Position numbers and translations under genes: made by a program | Part shown: in pieces, positions 1-8,814 of the stretch | How positions within the stretch are numbered: position 1 is the stretch's first letter | How the letters are laid out: every line of letters starts with the position of its first letter | Virus record (IMG/VR): IMGVR_UViG_3300028034_000004 | Span: 1 to 56,448 of that record | DNA from: a virus | Lineage: Duplodnaviria > Caudoviricetes | Length of the DNA: 56,448 nucleotides | Reading direction: 5' to 3' (one strand) | Notes under the pieces: generated by a model | Databases searched by the model: none | Seen by the model: only the letters and a program-made list of their open reading frames with translations | Told to the model about the DNA's origin: nothing

Positions 1-3000
1 AGTATTATTAATTAATTCCTTATTAAACGCACCCGGTTCGGCTGTAGACTTAGCTCTATCAATCATACCTTTACGAGCACCATACATTGTAGTCCAATAA
101 TCAGCTGTATCAATACCTTCACCATATGATTTAGTTACAGGCACTGGTACGATTTCGTTTTTATTGTCAGCTAGAATACCCGGACCACCTAAAATCTGTC
201 TTACATTGTGTTCGTTACCACGAGCACCTGAACGCTGCATTACTACAAAGGCGTTGTCTGGGTTGTCATCGGTGATTTGTTTATAGACTTTCTTTTCAGC
301 TTCATTCATTATTTTAGCAATTTCTTTTTGAGCCTGTTCTTTGGGTTTCTTTCTCGCTTTCTCTACTTTCTTTTTGGCTGCGTCATAGATTTTATCTTTC
401 TTTTTCTTATCAATATCCAAATCAGAGATACCTACAGTAAAGCCACGCTTGTAGACATGTTCGTTACCTAAATTTTTAAGTTCATTTGCGATGTCTGCCA
501 ACTTGGAATTATCGAATTCCTCGTCTTCCCCAAGTTCGCTAAACATTTTCTTTAGGTAACCTTTATCTATGGCTTTATCATATTTGCGGTACTTTTTGGG
601 CAACACTTGGTTAACAATGATCTTACCAATCGTAATTATGTCACCATTAACTTTGATAGGATCTTCTTTGGACCACTTTTCTTTATTCTTTTTAGCTTCA
701 CGATATGCCTTCAAAGCTTCTGACTTAGATGAATACTCTCCTTTAAGTTCCTTCTTGTCCGGGTTTTTGGTTAGATAATACAATCCTAGAATCTGTTCGT
801 GTCCGGGAGTGTACATAAAGTTATTATGGCCCGGTCTGAATAAGTTTTTAGAAGGTAGCATTTTTTCTAAGGCTTCTTCTTTGGCTTCTTTGGATACAGG
901 TACGTGTACTGCCATGGTGTCATATACAACAAGACCACTGGCTAAAGTAAATGTCCAGACGTCGGGGACTGTTATATCATAAGCAGTTGTTTCTTTGGTA
1001 TATTCCTCAATCTTAGTTATTCTAGCCCATGTTACAGTTTCATCTTCGACTATTTCTTTCCACTTTTTCATAAGACCTTCTCCAAAGAATTCATCACCGA
1101 GTTTTTTGATTGCTCTTTTAGCAACTAATCTCGAAGTATAACCTTTTTTCATAGTGTTTGAAATAGGTGCATAGATTTTTCTTTCTTTAGAACCTACCGC
1201 ACTTCTTATTTTTTGCCCTAATTTTTCTGGTAAGGGTACTAAGTCATATCTAGAAGATGCCACTGCATCTGTTTTTAATTTAGATAAAGCTTCTTTTCTA
1301 TTTTCAGTAACTATTAATAGGTCATCTTTTACATTTTCCATTGTCACTGATGACATTGATACGTTTTGGTATTCCATATCATTTTGTTCATAAATGGTTA
1401 CATTAGATTTAAGCCCTAGTGATTTACAGAGCAGCTGCACTTGTTTAGATAATTCTAGCGACTTAGTATGATAAGAAAATTGAACCTGTTTTTTCTTTTT
1501 TGCTTTAGCTTTCACTTCTGTGATTGAACCATCAGTATCAAGTAATCCAGATAGTAAACCTAATCTGAACTCTTTGGATGTATTCATAAACCAAGAAGGT
1601 AAATGCTTATTTTCAGCACCATGTCCGAATAAATCGTAGAACATTTTAGCGATGTTACCTTCGCTAAATTCAGTCACTATCGACATACAATCATGACCTT
1701 CCCAGGTATGCGGCTTTTCATAAGTGTTAAAATTAATTTCTTCATTTAGCCAACTTGAAATTATTTCTTTCCACTTATTTATTAAAGGTTCACTTGAATT
1801 AGAAAGTTGAATTTTATTAATTAGTTTACCTTTACTAAGAGTAGCATTGCCATCACCAATGAAGGCACCAAATATATATCCGGTCTCTTTATTCAATGGT
1901 ATTTCTTTTTTTAACCTTGAATTGTAGCCGGCATTAACATAAGAATCATTAATCGGTGTAATAACATCAATAGGGTCTTCCGGTTCTTCTATCTCTGTAA
2001 CTACTGGCATCATATCGTTAATCTCGCCGACTGATTTTTTTATTTTTAATTCATCATTAATTACTGTTAATGAGTGATCGTCAGATACTAAATAATCATT
2101 CAGTCTGTTAGTTCTGATCTTTCTCATTTTCAGGTTTTTGTGAATGTGGAACTTACTCACCGGCATCCACTTTTTGTTTCCTTCTTCATCCATAGCCAGA
2201 ACAGTTACACCGTCTGGAACGTCGTATATTTCAGTATTATCCTTCACTTCCTTACTTTCTTCTATTCTCGGGAATTTCTTTAAATGAATGTTCCCTGAAA
2301 CAAACTCTCCATCAACAATTAATTCTCCGATGTGTCCTACCATTTTATCTTCCCCTTTATAGTTTGATACATACATCATATCACTTAAAGGGTATTCAGT
2401 CAATGGGGATTTTGATTTTTTCTTCATTTTTTCTTTGTTCCATTCCATAAAACCTTCATCAAGCCCGATAGAACAGACATCTAGTGCACAGTCGCCATCA
2501 AAATCTGCATTAAAACCACCTGTAACCAGTGAAGGTAATTGAATCGACTTACCTTCTATCAACTTTGGTTTGAAAGCCATTGTGGAGAACTTATGAAGTG
2601 AAGGTGCCCTGTTTAATATTACCGGTGTTTCCTCGGCAACTTCTTTTAACATCTTCTTTGCGGTTTCACTTCGTTTCTCCCAGTGCTCATCTCTGGCTTC
2701 AGCTCCTGGTATAGCCGCTTCCTGTGTTAACTTTCTAATGACCTGCGGCTTAAAGATATTCCAGGCCATTTCCTCTGGTAGACCTATCGTATCAATATCT
2801 AAGTCCGGTCCAGCCACAATAATACTTCTACCGGTCAAATCCTGACGTTTCCTCATGACTCTGTTTTGGAAGAAAGCATTTTTAGGCTGTGTTCCGGAAG
2901 TACCACCAATTTCTCTTAGGATACCCTTCTTACCTCGCCTTACGGCATCATTGGTGATAGGGTCTGATAAACCCTGTACCGCTTCCATCGACTTAAAGAG

Positions 3001-6000
3001 TTCCTTTCTCATATCCCCAATTTCCTTCTCATTAAGCAATCCTAATTCTTTATCTTGTTTCAGGGCTTTATTAACAAGGATGGTATGCTTATAGAGTTCA
3101 TTGATATCGGAAACATTTAAGCTGCCATTCGGTAATTCATACACTGGTCTGAACTTTGGCGGAAGTATCGGCATTTTAGTCAGAACATAATCTTCTGGTC
3201 TTTTATCCGTTTTCTTTAATGCTTTAAGATATCTTATTCTTTTGTGCAGCCTATCTTTTTTTGGAGCTGACTTTGTTTTTTTCGCTTCTTCTTTGGCTTC
3301 TTTAATTGCTTCATCAATATCTACTTGAGATAAAGCATCTTTAATTGCTTCACCACCGGTTTTTCCATTTAACTTCTCATCACCTGCTAAGACATTGTTA
3401 AATTTTTTGTTGGTGATGCCCAGAATGGAAACTATAGCGTTTTTAAAGACGGGATTAGGTATTGGTTCCTCTAAATTAATATGTGACCATTTACCCTTAT
3501 CCTCGGTGTCTAAACCACCGGTAATATCCGGATCAAAGAGTCCACCTTTTTCTTCTTTTAAGTCTTTAGCTCTTACAATAGTAGCATCATTAATCTCACC
3601 TGCTGACATTTCCTCAATGTCCTTATCGGTCATTGCCATCAGTTGATAATGTTTTTCGCCTTTTTTGACATTAACCCCGAGACCTTTTAATTCATCAATG
3701 AATTTATCGAATACAAATGGCGTCTCAAGCTTAGGTAAAGGTGCACCCACCTGGAAACTACGCCAGAATTCATCATTGCGTTGACCCTTAAGTGTAGACA
3801 TTTCTTTGAGGTTGTGTTTGGCACCGTGAGCAAGAAGTGTATAATTAGTCAAAATATCCATTGACTGTCCTGATGATTTACCACCTTGTATTGGCTGTTC
3901 GTTTTCATCATATCCTTCACCGACACCTCTGGCTGAGAATTTCTTTTTAGTTTGATGTTTTAGTTTTAAGAAATACTGTTTACCGGTAAAAATCGGATTT
4001 TCTAATTCCCCTTCGGTAGGGTCGATTATCTTTTCCTTTTCACTTAAACCGTGCTTTTTTAAGTCTTTTTTAATTTTATCCAAATAATCTTCACCAGAGA
4101 AATTATTAATTTTATATGGCTTACCAGTTTTATCTGCAATTTTACCTGCTGCAGTTTCAAGTAACTGGCTCGGGTTCATTCTCGAAGGCACCGTATGAGG
4201 GTTCAAGATTATTTCAACCGGTTTACCATCTTCATTGTGTGGTGCCTCGTTATCTGGAATAATCTTAGAGATAGTACCTTTATTCCCATAGCGACCTACT
4301 ATTTTATCTCCTTCTTTTGCTTTTTCTTCAGTTTCTACAATAATTTTAATCAGATTACCATTACGGACAACCTCATTAACTTCACCTTCGTTCTCATTAT
4401 CCCACTCAATCGTAAAAGGAGCCTGATCGGGAGCTAAGTTTTTGTGAATATTCTTTAAAAGGTAATCTGTTTCAGTTAAGTTTTTCTTTCGCAAGGCAAC
4501 GAGTAACTTATCACCTTTTTTGACTAACGCTCCTTTTTTAATTACACCTTCATCGTCCATTTTTTGGGCATTATCTGTTTTAAGTTCTCTAGGAAAAATT
4601 ATATTAAATCTTTCTTTATCCATTGTCGTATTGGTATCTTTTTCAAACTCGAAGGTATATAAATGTTCTGACCTCATCTTTTCGGCTGCACTATCTGAAA
4701 TTACAAGTCCATCTTCAAATGTGTAGCCTTTATATGGCATAAAGGCTACATTCAAATTAGTACCTAATGCCATTGTTCCATCTTTAGTAAAGTTTGAATC
4801 AGCTAAGAGTTCGCCTTTTTGAACTTTATCCCCCACTTCGACTTTAATTTCATGTGTAACCATTGAGGACCCACCAAGTGGAAACTTATCGTAAGTATCT
4901 ATTTCTATTTCATCCCCGTTAGATTTTTTAATGGTTAGTGGATCTGTTGAAGTAATTTCACCAGCAACAGGGGCTTTAATGGCATTGTTATTGCCGAGAG
5001 ACTCCTCAAAGGTGGAACCGTCTTCTGTTACTGCTGACTGTACCAGAGGGGCTTCTCTGTTCTTTAAAGATAATGCCTGTTCCTGCATCTTACCACCCAT
5101 CATTGCTCTGTTACCCTGAGTGTTTTGCAAAAATGGAATAAGGTTAGTTGTGTGGTCAAACATACTCTTATCAGAGAGTAGTATATAATCTACTTTAGAA
5201 GAGTCAACCTCATTAACTTCCTTTTTATCCATTACCTTAACCGTTTTATTTTTAAACTTCTTTTTCTTTTTATCATACTGGTCCGGAAAGGCAACAGTTG
5301 ATTCACTCATTTGTTTTGGTGATATCTTTTCGACTTCTTTGGTTTTGGCATTGATTACCCTGGTCTTTAATTCTCCATCCTCAATGTCAGTAGCGACACC
5401 AAGATGAAGGTTAGCACCAATCTTTTGTGACTCTGGTGTATGTACTGGATCTAAGAACCCAAATTGAGAAGGATTAATATTAATCATATCATCAGATAAT
5501 TGGTTGGGGGAACTTATTCCACCCTCGCCCATGATAGTTACTTTTCTGTAATTACCTAACGCCGCCAATGGGTTGGTTATTTCAGTAGCTGCAGTAATAT
5601 CGGAAGATGTGAAAAAAGATTTAATCGGTTCATTAAACAAATTAGGAGAAACTATCTTTTTAATTTCTTCGTGATTATCTACATTGTATTCTACATTTCT
5701 TTTTATTTTATCTACCGACTTATCAATTCTCTCTGACAGATGATCCTCAACTGACATAAATTTCTTAAACACTAAAGAATCTCTGTCATCTTCTTCCTCT
5801 TTATTCTGCATTACTTTTATAAGTTTTTGAGCAGCATGTAATATTAAATCAGCATTCACTCTTTCAAAACTCTTACCTAAAGTAATTTCTGTGGTCTCTT
5901 TATCCATTTCAGCTTCATTGAAATATGTTTTTATATCTTCTTTTGCTTTATCTAAATTGGTGTGATCTGAATAAACTATCTTTTTGGCGAAGTTCTTGAC

Positions 6001-6606
6001 AGCTTTCTTTGTCCTGTGTTCTTTTTCCCGTCTATTCGTGTCGAGGATCTCTTTCCCAAGGAATTGTTCCATATAACTATCTTTGATACCCATACCTTTT
6101 AAGAAGGCATATAAGGATATATTAGAACTCCTGGCGGAAATGTATAATATTTGATCTTCGGGGTCCATCTTGATTTTGAACCCTGGTTTGTTACCAACAT
6201 TGATTTGAGTCTGTAATTCGCCGTTGTTAGCAAACTTTGTGTATACTCCAGCTTTTAACCGCAGCTGATTTGATGCTTGATATTCATTACCATCAACAAG
6301 ATAAGTGTATCTCTGGGTTAGTGCTGGAAGTCTCATTATCTTAACTGTCTTATCATCAATTTTTTCACCAGTTAGATTATCCCAAAGTGTTAAATGGGCT
6401 CTGACTGGAAGAGTTAGACTTCTATTTTTAAGTTTTATTTCCTTTTGTTTCTTTAGAGAATGCAAAGCTTTGGTAGAACCAAACTTTAATTCCTCTAATT
6501 TAAGGGTATGTTTTTTACCTTTGACCGGAAATATCTTAGCAACAGACTGGTCTAATTTCTCTTCAATTTTATTTGTTATCTTTTGTATCTCTTCTTCTGG
6601 AAACAT
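1..6606 (-). CDS. rpoBC: Fused beta-beta' multisubunit-type DNA-directed RNA polymerase, intein-containing; 3' end lies outside the window
   Basis: Hand-translated open frame from ATG 6606 (RBS AAGGAGG at 6613-6619) to base 1. Beta motifs: FGFLDPVHTPESQKIG, GNRAMMGGKMQEQA, MPYKGYTFEDGLVIS, GDKIVGRYGNKGTIS, LNPHTVPSRMN, YFLKLKH. Beta' motifs: LPPKFRP, RKRQDLTGRSII, LNRAPSLHK, NADFDGD (2511-2491), bridge helix GARKGMIDRAKSTAEPG. Confidence 0.95.
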   Translation of the reverse strand, partial: MFPEEEIQKITNKIEEKLDQSVAKIFPVKGKKHTLKLEELKFGSTKALHSLKKQKEIKLKNRSLTLPVRAHLTLWDNLTGEKIDDKTVKIMRLPALTQRYTYLVDGNEYQASNQLRLKAGVYTKFANNGELQTQINVGNKPGFKIKMDPEDQILYISARSSNISLYAFLKGMGIKDSYMEQFLGKEILDTNRREKEHRTKKAVKNFAKKIVYSDHTNLDKAKEDIKTYFNEAEMDKETTEITLGKSFERVNADLILHAAQKLIKVMQNKEEEDDRDSLVFKKFMSVEDHLSERIDKSVDKIKRNVEYNVDNHEEIKKIVSPNLFNEPIKSFFTSSDITAATEITNPLAALGNYRKVTIMGEGGISSPNQLSDDMININPSQFGFLDPVHTPESQKIGANLHLGVATDIEDGELKTRVINAKTKEVEKISPKQMSESTVAFPDQYDKKKKKFKNKTVKVMDKKEVNEVDSSKVDYILLSDKSMFDHTTNLIPFLQNTQGNRAMMGGKMQEQALSLKNREAPLVQSAVTEDGSTFEESLGNNNAIKAPVAGEITSTDPLTIKKSNGDEIEIDTYDKFPLGGSSMVTHEIKVEVGDKVQKGELLADSNFTKDGTMALGTNLNVAFMPYKGYTFEDGLVISDSAAEKMRSEHLYTFEFEKDTNTTMDKERFNIIFPRELKTDNAQKMDDEGVIKKGALVKKGDKLLVALRKKNLTETDYLLKNIHKNLAPDQAPFTIEWDNENEGEVNEVVRNGNLIKIIVETEEKAKEGDKIVGRYGNKGTISKIIPDNEAPHNEDGKPVEIILNPHTVPSRMNPSQLLETAAGKIADKTGKPYKINNFSGEDYLDKIKKDLKKHGLSEKEKIIDPTEGELENPIFTGKQYFLKLKHQTKKKFSARGVGEGYDENEQPIQGGKSSGQSMDILTNYTLLAHGAKHNLKEMSTLKGQRNDEFWRSFQVGAPLPKLETPFVFDKFIDELKGLGVNVKKGEKHYQLMAMTDKDIEEMSAGEINDATIVRAKDLKEEKGGLFDPDITGGLDTEDKGKWSHINLEEPIPNPVFKNAIVSILGITNKKFNNVLAGDEKLNGKTGGEAIKDALSQVDIDEAIKEAKEEAKKTKSAPKKDRLHKRIRYLKALKKTDKRPEDYVLTKMPILPPKFRPVYELPNGSLNVSDINELYKHTILVNKALKQDKELGLLNEKEIGDMRKELFKSMEAVQGLSDPITNDAVRRGKKGILREIGGTSGTQPKNAFFQNRVMRKRQDLTGRSIIVAGPDLDIDTIGLPEEMAWNIFKPQVIRKLTQEAAIPGAEARDEHWEKRSETAKKMLKEVAEETPVILNRAPSLHKFSTMAFKPKLIEGKSIQLPSLVTGGFNADFDGDCALDVCSIGLDEGFMEWNKEKMKKKSKSPLTEYPLSDMMYVSNYKGEDKMVGHIGELIVDGEFVSGNIHLKKFPRIEESKEVKDNTEIYDVPDGVTVLAMDEEGNKKWMPVSKFHIHKNLKMRKIRTNRLNDYLVSDDHSLTVINDELKIKKSVGEINDMMPVVTEIEEPEDPIDVITPINDSYVNAGYNSRLKKEIPLNKETGYIFGAFIGDGNATLSKGKLINKIQLSNSSEPLINKWKEIISSWLNEEINFNTYEKPHTWEGHDCMSIVTEFSEGNIAKMFYDLFGHGAENKHLPSWFMNTSKEFRLGLLSGLLDTDGSITEVKAKAKKKKQVQFSYHTKSLELSKQVQLLCKSLGLKSNVTIYEQNDMEYQNVSMSSVTMENVKDDLLIVTENRKEALSKLKTDAVASSRYDLVPLPEKLGQKIRSAVGSKERKIYAPISNTMKKGYTSRLVAKRAIKKLGDEFFGEGLMKKWKEIVEDETVTWARITKIEEYTKETTAYDITVPDVWTFTLASGLVVYDTMAVHVPVSKEAKEEALEKMLPSKNLFRPGHNNFMYTPGHEQILGLYYLTKNPDKKELKGEYSSKSEALKAYREAKKNKEKWSKEDPIKVNGDIITIGKIIVNQVLPKKYRKYDKAIDKGYLKKMFSELGEDEEFDNSKLADIANELKNLGNEHVYKRGFTVGISDLDIDKKKKDKIYDAAKKKVEKARKKPKEQAQKEIAKIMNEAEKKVYKQITDDNPDNAFVVMQRSGARGNEHNVRQILGGPGILADNKNEIVPVPVTKSYGEGIDTADYWTTMYGARKGMIDRAKSTAEPGAFNKELINNT
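919..2490 (-). mobile_element. Intein with LAGLIDADG homing endonuclease (524 aa)
   Basis: Interrupts NADFDGD|TMAVHVP. Starts with Cys (CALD). Block B-like VSDDHSL; endonuclease motifs GYIFGAFIGDGN and GLLSGLLDTDGS; blocks F/G YDITVPDVWTFTLASGLVVYD, followed by +1 Thr. Confidence 0.92.
2341..2403 (-). promoter_or_regulatory. SigA/sigma70-type promoter, RBS and in-frame ATG inside the intein
   Basis: TTGACT (2403-2398), 17-nt spacer, TATGAT (2380-2375) with extended TG; upstream A-tracts; AAGGGGA 7 nt before in-frame ATG 2343. Confidence 0.7.
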
Positions 6607-6642
6607 TTCAAACCTCCTTTGAAATAACTTCTTATTTTGCAT

Positions 6643-6668
6643 TATAAGAATAGCGTAGGGAAACCTAC
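6643..6668 (+). promoter_or_regulatory. Candidate phage promoter TATAAGAATAGCG followed by a short hairpin
   Basis: Intergenic. Near-identical to TATAAGTATAGTG at 11861. Followed by GTAGG-GAAA-CCTAC. Confidence 0.4.
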
Positions 6669-6706
6669 CTATACTTAATTATATCTTAAAAAAGGAGGCA
6701 AAACAA

Positions 6707-6976
6707 ATGGAAATAAAAGTGAATAAAATATTAGGTAAAGAAAGATTCGAAAATAGAAACGAATTAAATCAAATGGAAATGATAGGTATTCAAAACTTTT
6801 TCAATGGTGAGTTGGCAAGAGGTAATTTAATTTATACCGATAATTATCTCTATCCAGAACAAGTAGCTAAAATTAAAGGTCACGAGATAATCAATCTATT
6901 TATGTACAGGGATTCACTTTATGTGACGGCTATTGATACTGAAACCGAAGAAGAAATATATTACAAAATGAATTAG
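6707..6976 (+). CDS. Hypothetical protein
   Basis: 89-aa ORF with AAGGAGG RBS. Confidence 0.8.
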   Translation: MEIKVNKILGKERFENRNELNQMEMIGIQNFFNGELARGNLIYTDNYLYPEQVAKIKGHEIINLFMYRDSLYVTAIDTETEEEIYYKMN

Positions 6977-6986
6977 GAGGACACCA

Positions 6987-7292
6987 ATGAAAGTAACTAA
7001 AATTGATTTCAAAAAAGGGAAGGAACTTTACACCAATAGAGATGAAGTTGGTCCACCGTTTACTGATGAAGTAAAAGAGTTAGTATTTTTTGATTATTTA
7101 ACCCCTGACGTCGCCGATAAAATATTTACTCATTTACATGTTCACAATAACTTCCTTTGTGGTGCTGCTCATTATGTGAAGTTTCACGGTAATGTTTTAA
7201 AGAAAGCGTTCAAAAAAGATGACATAATATATTTTCTAACCGGTGACAAGAACAATCCTTACCAAAATATCTTTTTCAAAGTGGAGGAATAA
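6987..7292 (+). CDS. Hypothetical protein, possibly a distant paralog of 6707-6976
   Basis: RBS AGGAGG. N-terminus KVTKIDFKKGKELYTNRDE resembles KVNKILGKERFENRNE. Confidence 0.8.
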   Translation: MKVTKIDFKKGKELYTNRDEVGPPFTDEVKELVFFDYLTPDVADKIFTHLHVHNNFLCGAAHYVKFHGNVLKKAFKKDDIIYFLTGDKNNPYQNIFFKVEE

Positions 7293-7294
7293 AA

Positions 7295-7771
7295 ATGAAT
7301 ATTATGAGAGCTAGAACAAAAATTCCAAAGGATATATTTAAAGAAGGAGACTGGGTATATGGATATTATTTCGAAGATGTTGATAACCATTATATAAAAG
7401 TCCCTTATGGCGACGAAAACGGAGAAGGTCCTATCGTTAAAACAGTTGATGTAATTATTGACCCAGATACTTTAGGAAAATGCACCGGCATTAAAGGTTA
7501 CAAAGGGAGATTAATTTTCGAAGGTCATATGATAGCCGGCCATGTTGATTTGAGAAAATACGAAGAAAAAATTGTTCCAAGAATATTGGATTTAAAATCG
7601 GAAAAAGTGGAAAGCGCCGTCGTAGAAGGCATAGTAAGGTATGATGATGAACTTAAAGCATTTATGTTTGATAGCAGCGCAAAACCGAGATTTCTCTGGG
7701 AGGTAAAACAACCTATAACTATTATCGCTGACGACCCTAACTCGGCTATCCCCGACGATGACCTTTTTTAA
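7295..7771 (+). CDS. YopX-family protein
   Basis: GDWVYGYY...IDPDTLGKCTGIKGYKGRLIFEGH...GIVRYDD pattern typical of YopX. Confidence 0.75.
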   Translation: MNIMRARTKIPKDIFKEGDWVYGYYFEDVDNHYIKVPYGDENGEGPIVKTVDVIIDPDTLGKCTGIKGYKGRLIFEGHMIAGHVDLRKYEEKIVPRILDLKSEKVESAVVEGIVRYDDELKAFMFDSSAKPRFLWEVKQPITIIADDPNSAIPDDDLF

Positions 7772-7780
7772 TGTTTAAAA

Positions 7781-7792
7781 TAATGATATAAT
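7781..7792 (+). promoter_or_regulatory. Extended -10 promoter TAATGATATAAT
   Basis: TGnTATAAT just upstream of the RBS of 7811. Identical 12-mer upstream of gene 38229 on the minus strand. Confidence 0.55.
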
Positions 7793-7810
7793 AAAAGAGG
7801 GTGATATAAA

Positions 7811-8293
7811 ATGAATTTCGATTTAGGTTTAATAGATAAAGATAATCTTTCTGAAGAAGAAAAGAAAAACTTAACACCTTATCAACAGGTAGAAGCAGCT
7901 AAAGATATTTATGGTTGGCCTTTCAAAAGATTAAGAGGAATAGATAAATTAGTTGCTTTATTCAAAAAATACTTCTTTACAACTTTCGGCAGCGATGATT
8001 TGGACCCGGAATATGGTTCTTATGTGAAACAAATGATTGGTAGATCATACAGCAACTTAGAAGAAATAGCTGATGATTTACAAAATGAAGTAGAAAGAGT
8101 TGAAGAACAAATACTTAGAGTTCAAACCGAAAGTTTTTTCGAAATACCAGCTGCTGAAAGATTAAAAGCGATAGAGTTGGAATCAATTTATGAAGATAAT
8201 AGTTCTTCAATGTGGAGAGTTAATGCTAGATATAAATTAATTAACTTCGAGGGGGATGAGTATGAAGGAGAGTTACTTCCAACAGAAAGTTAA
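7811..8293 (+). CDS. gp25/GPW-like baseplate wedge (sheath initiator) protein
   Basis: FFTTFGSDDLDPEYGS motif and size match the gp25-like family. Confidence 0.6.
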   Translation: MNFDLGLIDKDNLSEEEKKNLTPYQQVEAAKDIYGWPFKRLRGIDKLVALFKKYFFTTFGSDDLDPEYGSYVKQMIGRSYSNLEEIADDLQNEVERVEEQILRVQTESFFEIPAAERLKAIELESIYEDNSSSMWRVNARYKLINFEGDEYEGELLPTES

Positions 8294-8645
8294 AGATGCT
8301 TTCAGCAGGGATGGCTTTATGGTATTGAATCTATCGGATAGCTTCACCGGAGGTATCCCTGATACATACCTTTTAAAAGATGGAGTTAGTTACTGGCTCG
8401 AATTAAAGGTAACAAATAAAAAGCCGGGTCAAATAGTCCATTTAGATGATAGAAAAGCATCTGGTCGAGGGTTTACAAGAGAGCAGGCATTGAAGTTATA
8501 TCAGTTAAAAAAGAAAGGGGCGCAAGCTCATGGTGTTATTTATTTAGCACATGATAAAGTTGCTCTAAAGATACCACCAGAAAGAATGGAAGAGTCGCAT
8601 CAATATGAAGATCTAATAAAAGAATTTGAAGAATTTATCATTTAA
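8262..8645 (+). CDS. PD-(D/E)xK nuclease, VRR-NUC/Holliday junction resolvase-like
   Basis: MKESYFQ...GGIPDTY...WLELK...FTREQ. Start moved to the second ATG based on RBS spacing. Confidence 0.8.
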   Translation: MKESYFQQKVKDAFSRDGFMVLNLSDSFTGGIPDTYLLKDGVSYWLELKVTNKKPGQIVHLDDRKASGRGFTREQALKLYQLKKKGAQAHGVIYLAHDKVALKIPPERMEESHQYEDLIKEFEEFII

Positions 8646-8666
8646 CGCCCTATTAGGGCGTTTTTT
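8644..8666 (+). terminator. Intrinsic terminator
   Basis: AACGCCCT-ATT-AGGGCGTT followed by a T-run. Confidence 0.75.
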
Positions 8667-8679
8667 ATTGGAGGTGTAT

Positions 8680-8814
8680 ATGTTATTTTTTGAATGTGAT
8701 TGTGGGTATAAGGGCAAAGCGGTATTTAATGATGAGATTAGTGGCTGCCCTAATTGTGGAAAGTCAGTTAAAAAGTTAAAAATAATATTTCAAAGGAGTG
8801 GTAAAAGTGACTAA
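8680..8814 (+). CDS. Small zinc-ribbon protein (44 aa)
   Basis: GGAGG RBS before ATG 8680; CDCG...CPNCG. Confidence 0.65.
   Translation: MLFFECDCGYKGKAVFNDEISGCPNCGKSVKKLKIIFQRSGKSD

Noticed and set aside
1-6606. Host chromosomal rpoB-rpoC locus
   Set aside because: No rplL/rpsL neighbours, highly divergent and shortened sequence, and surrounded by phage genes.
277-6622. Plus-strand ORFs of 60-105 aa listed in the track
   Set aside because: Ser/Leu/Phe-rich antisense shadows of the RNAP gene, with no RBS or motifs.
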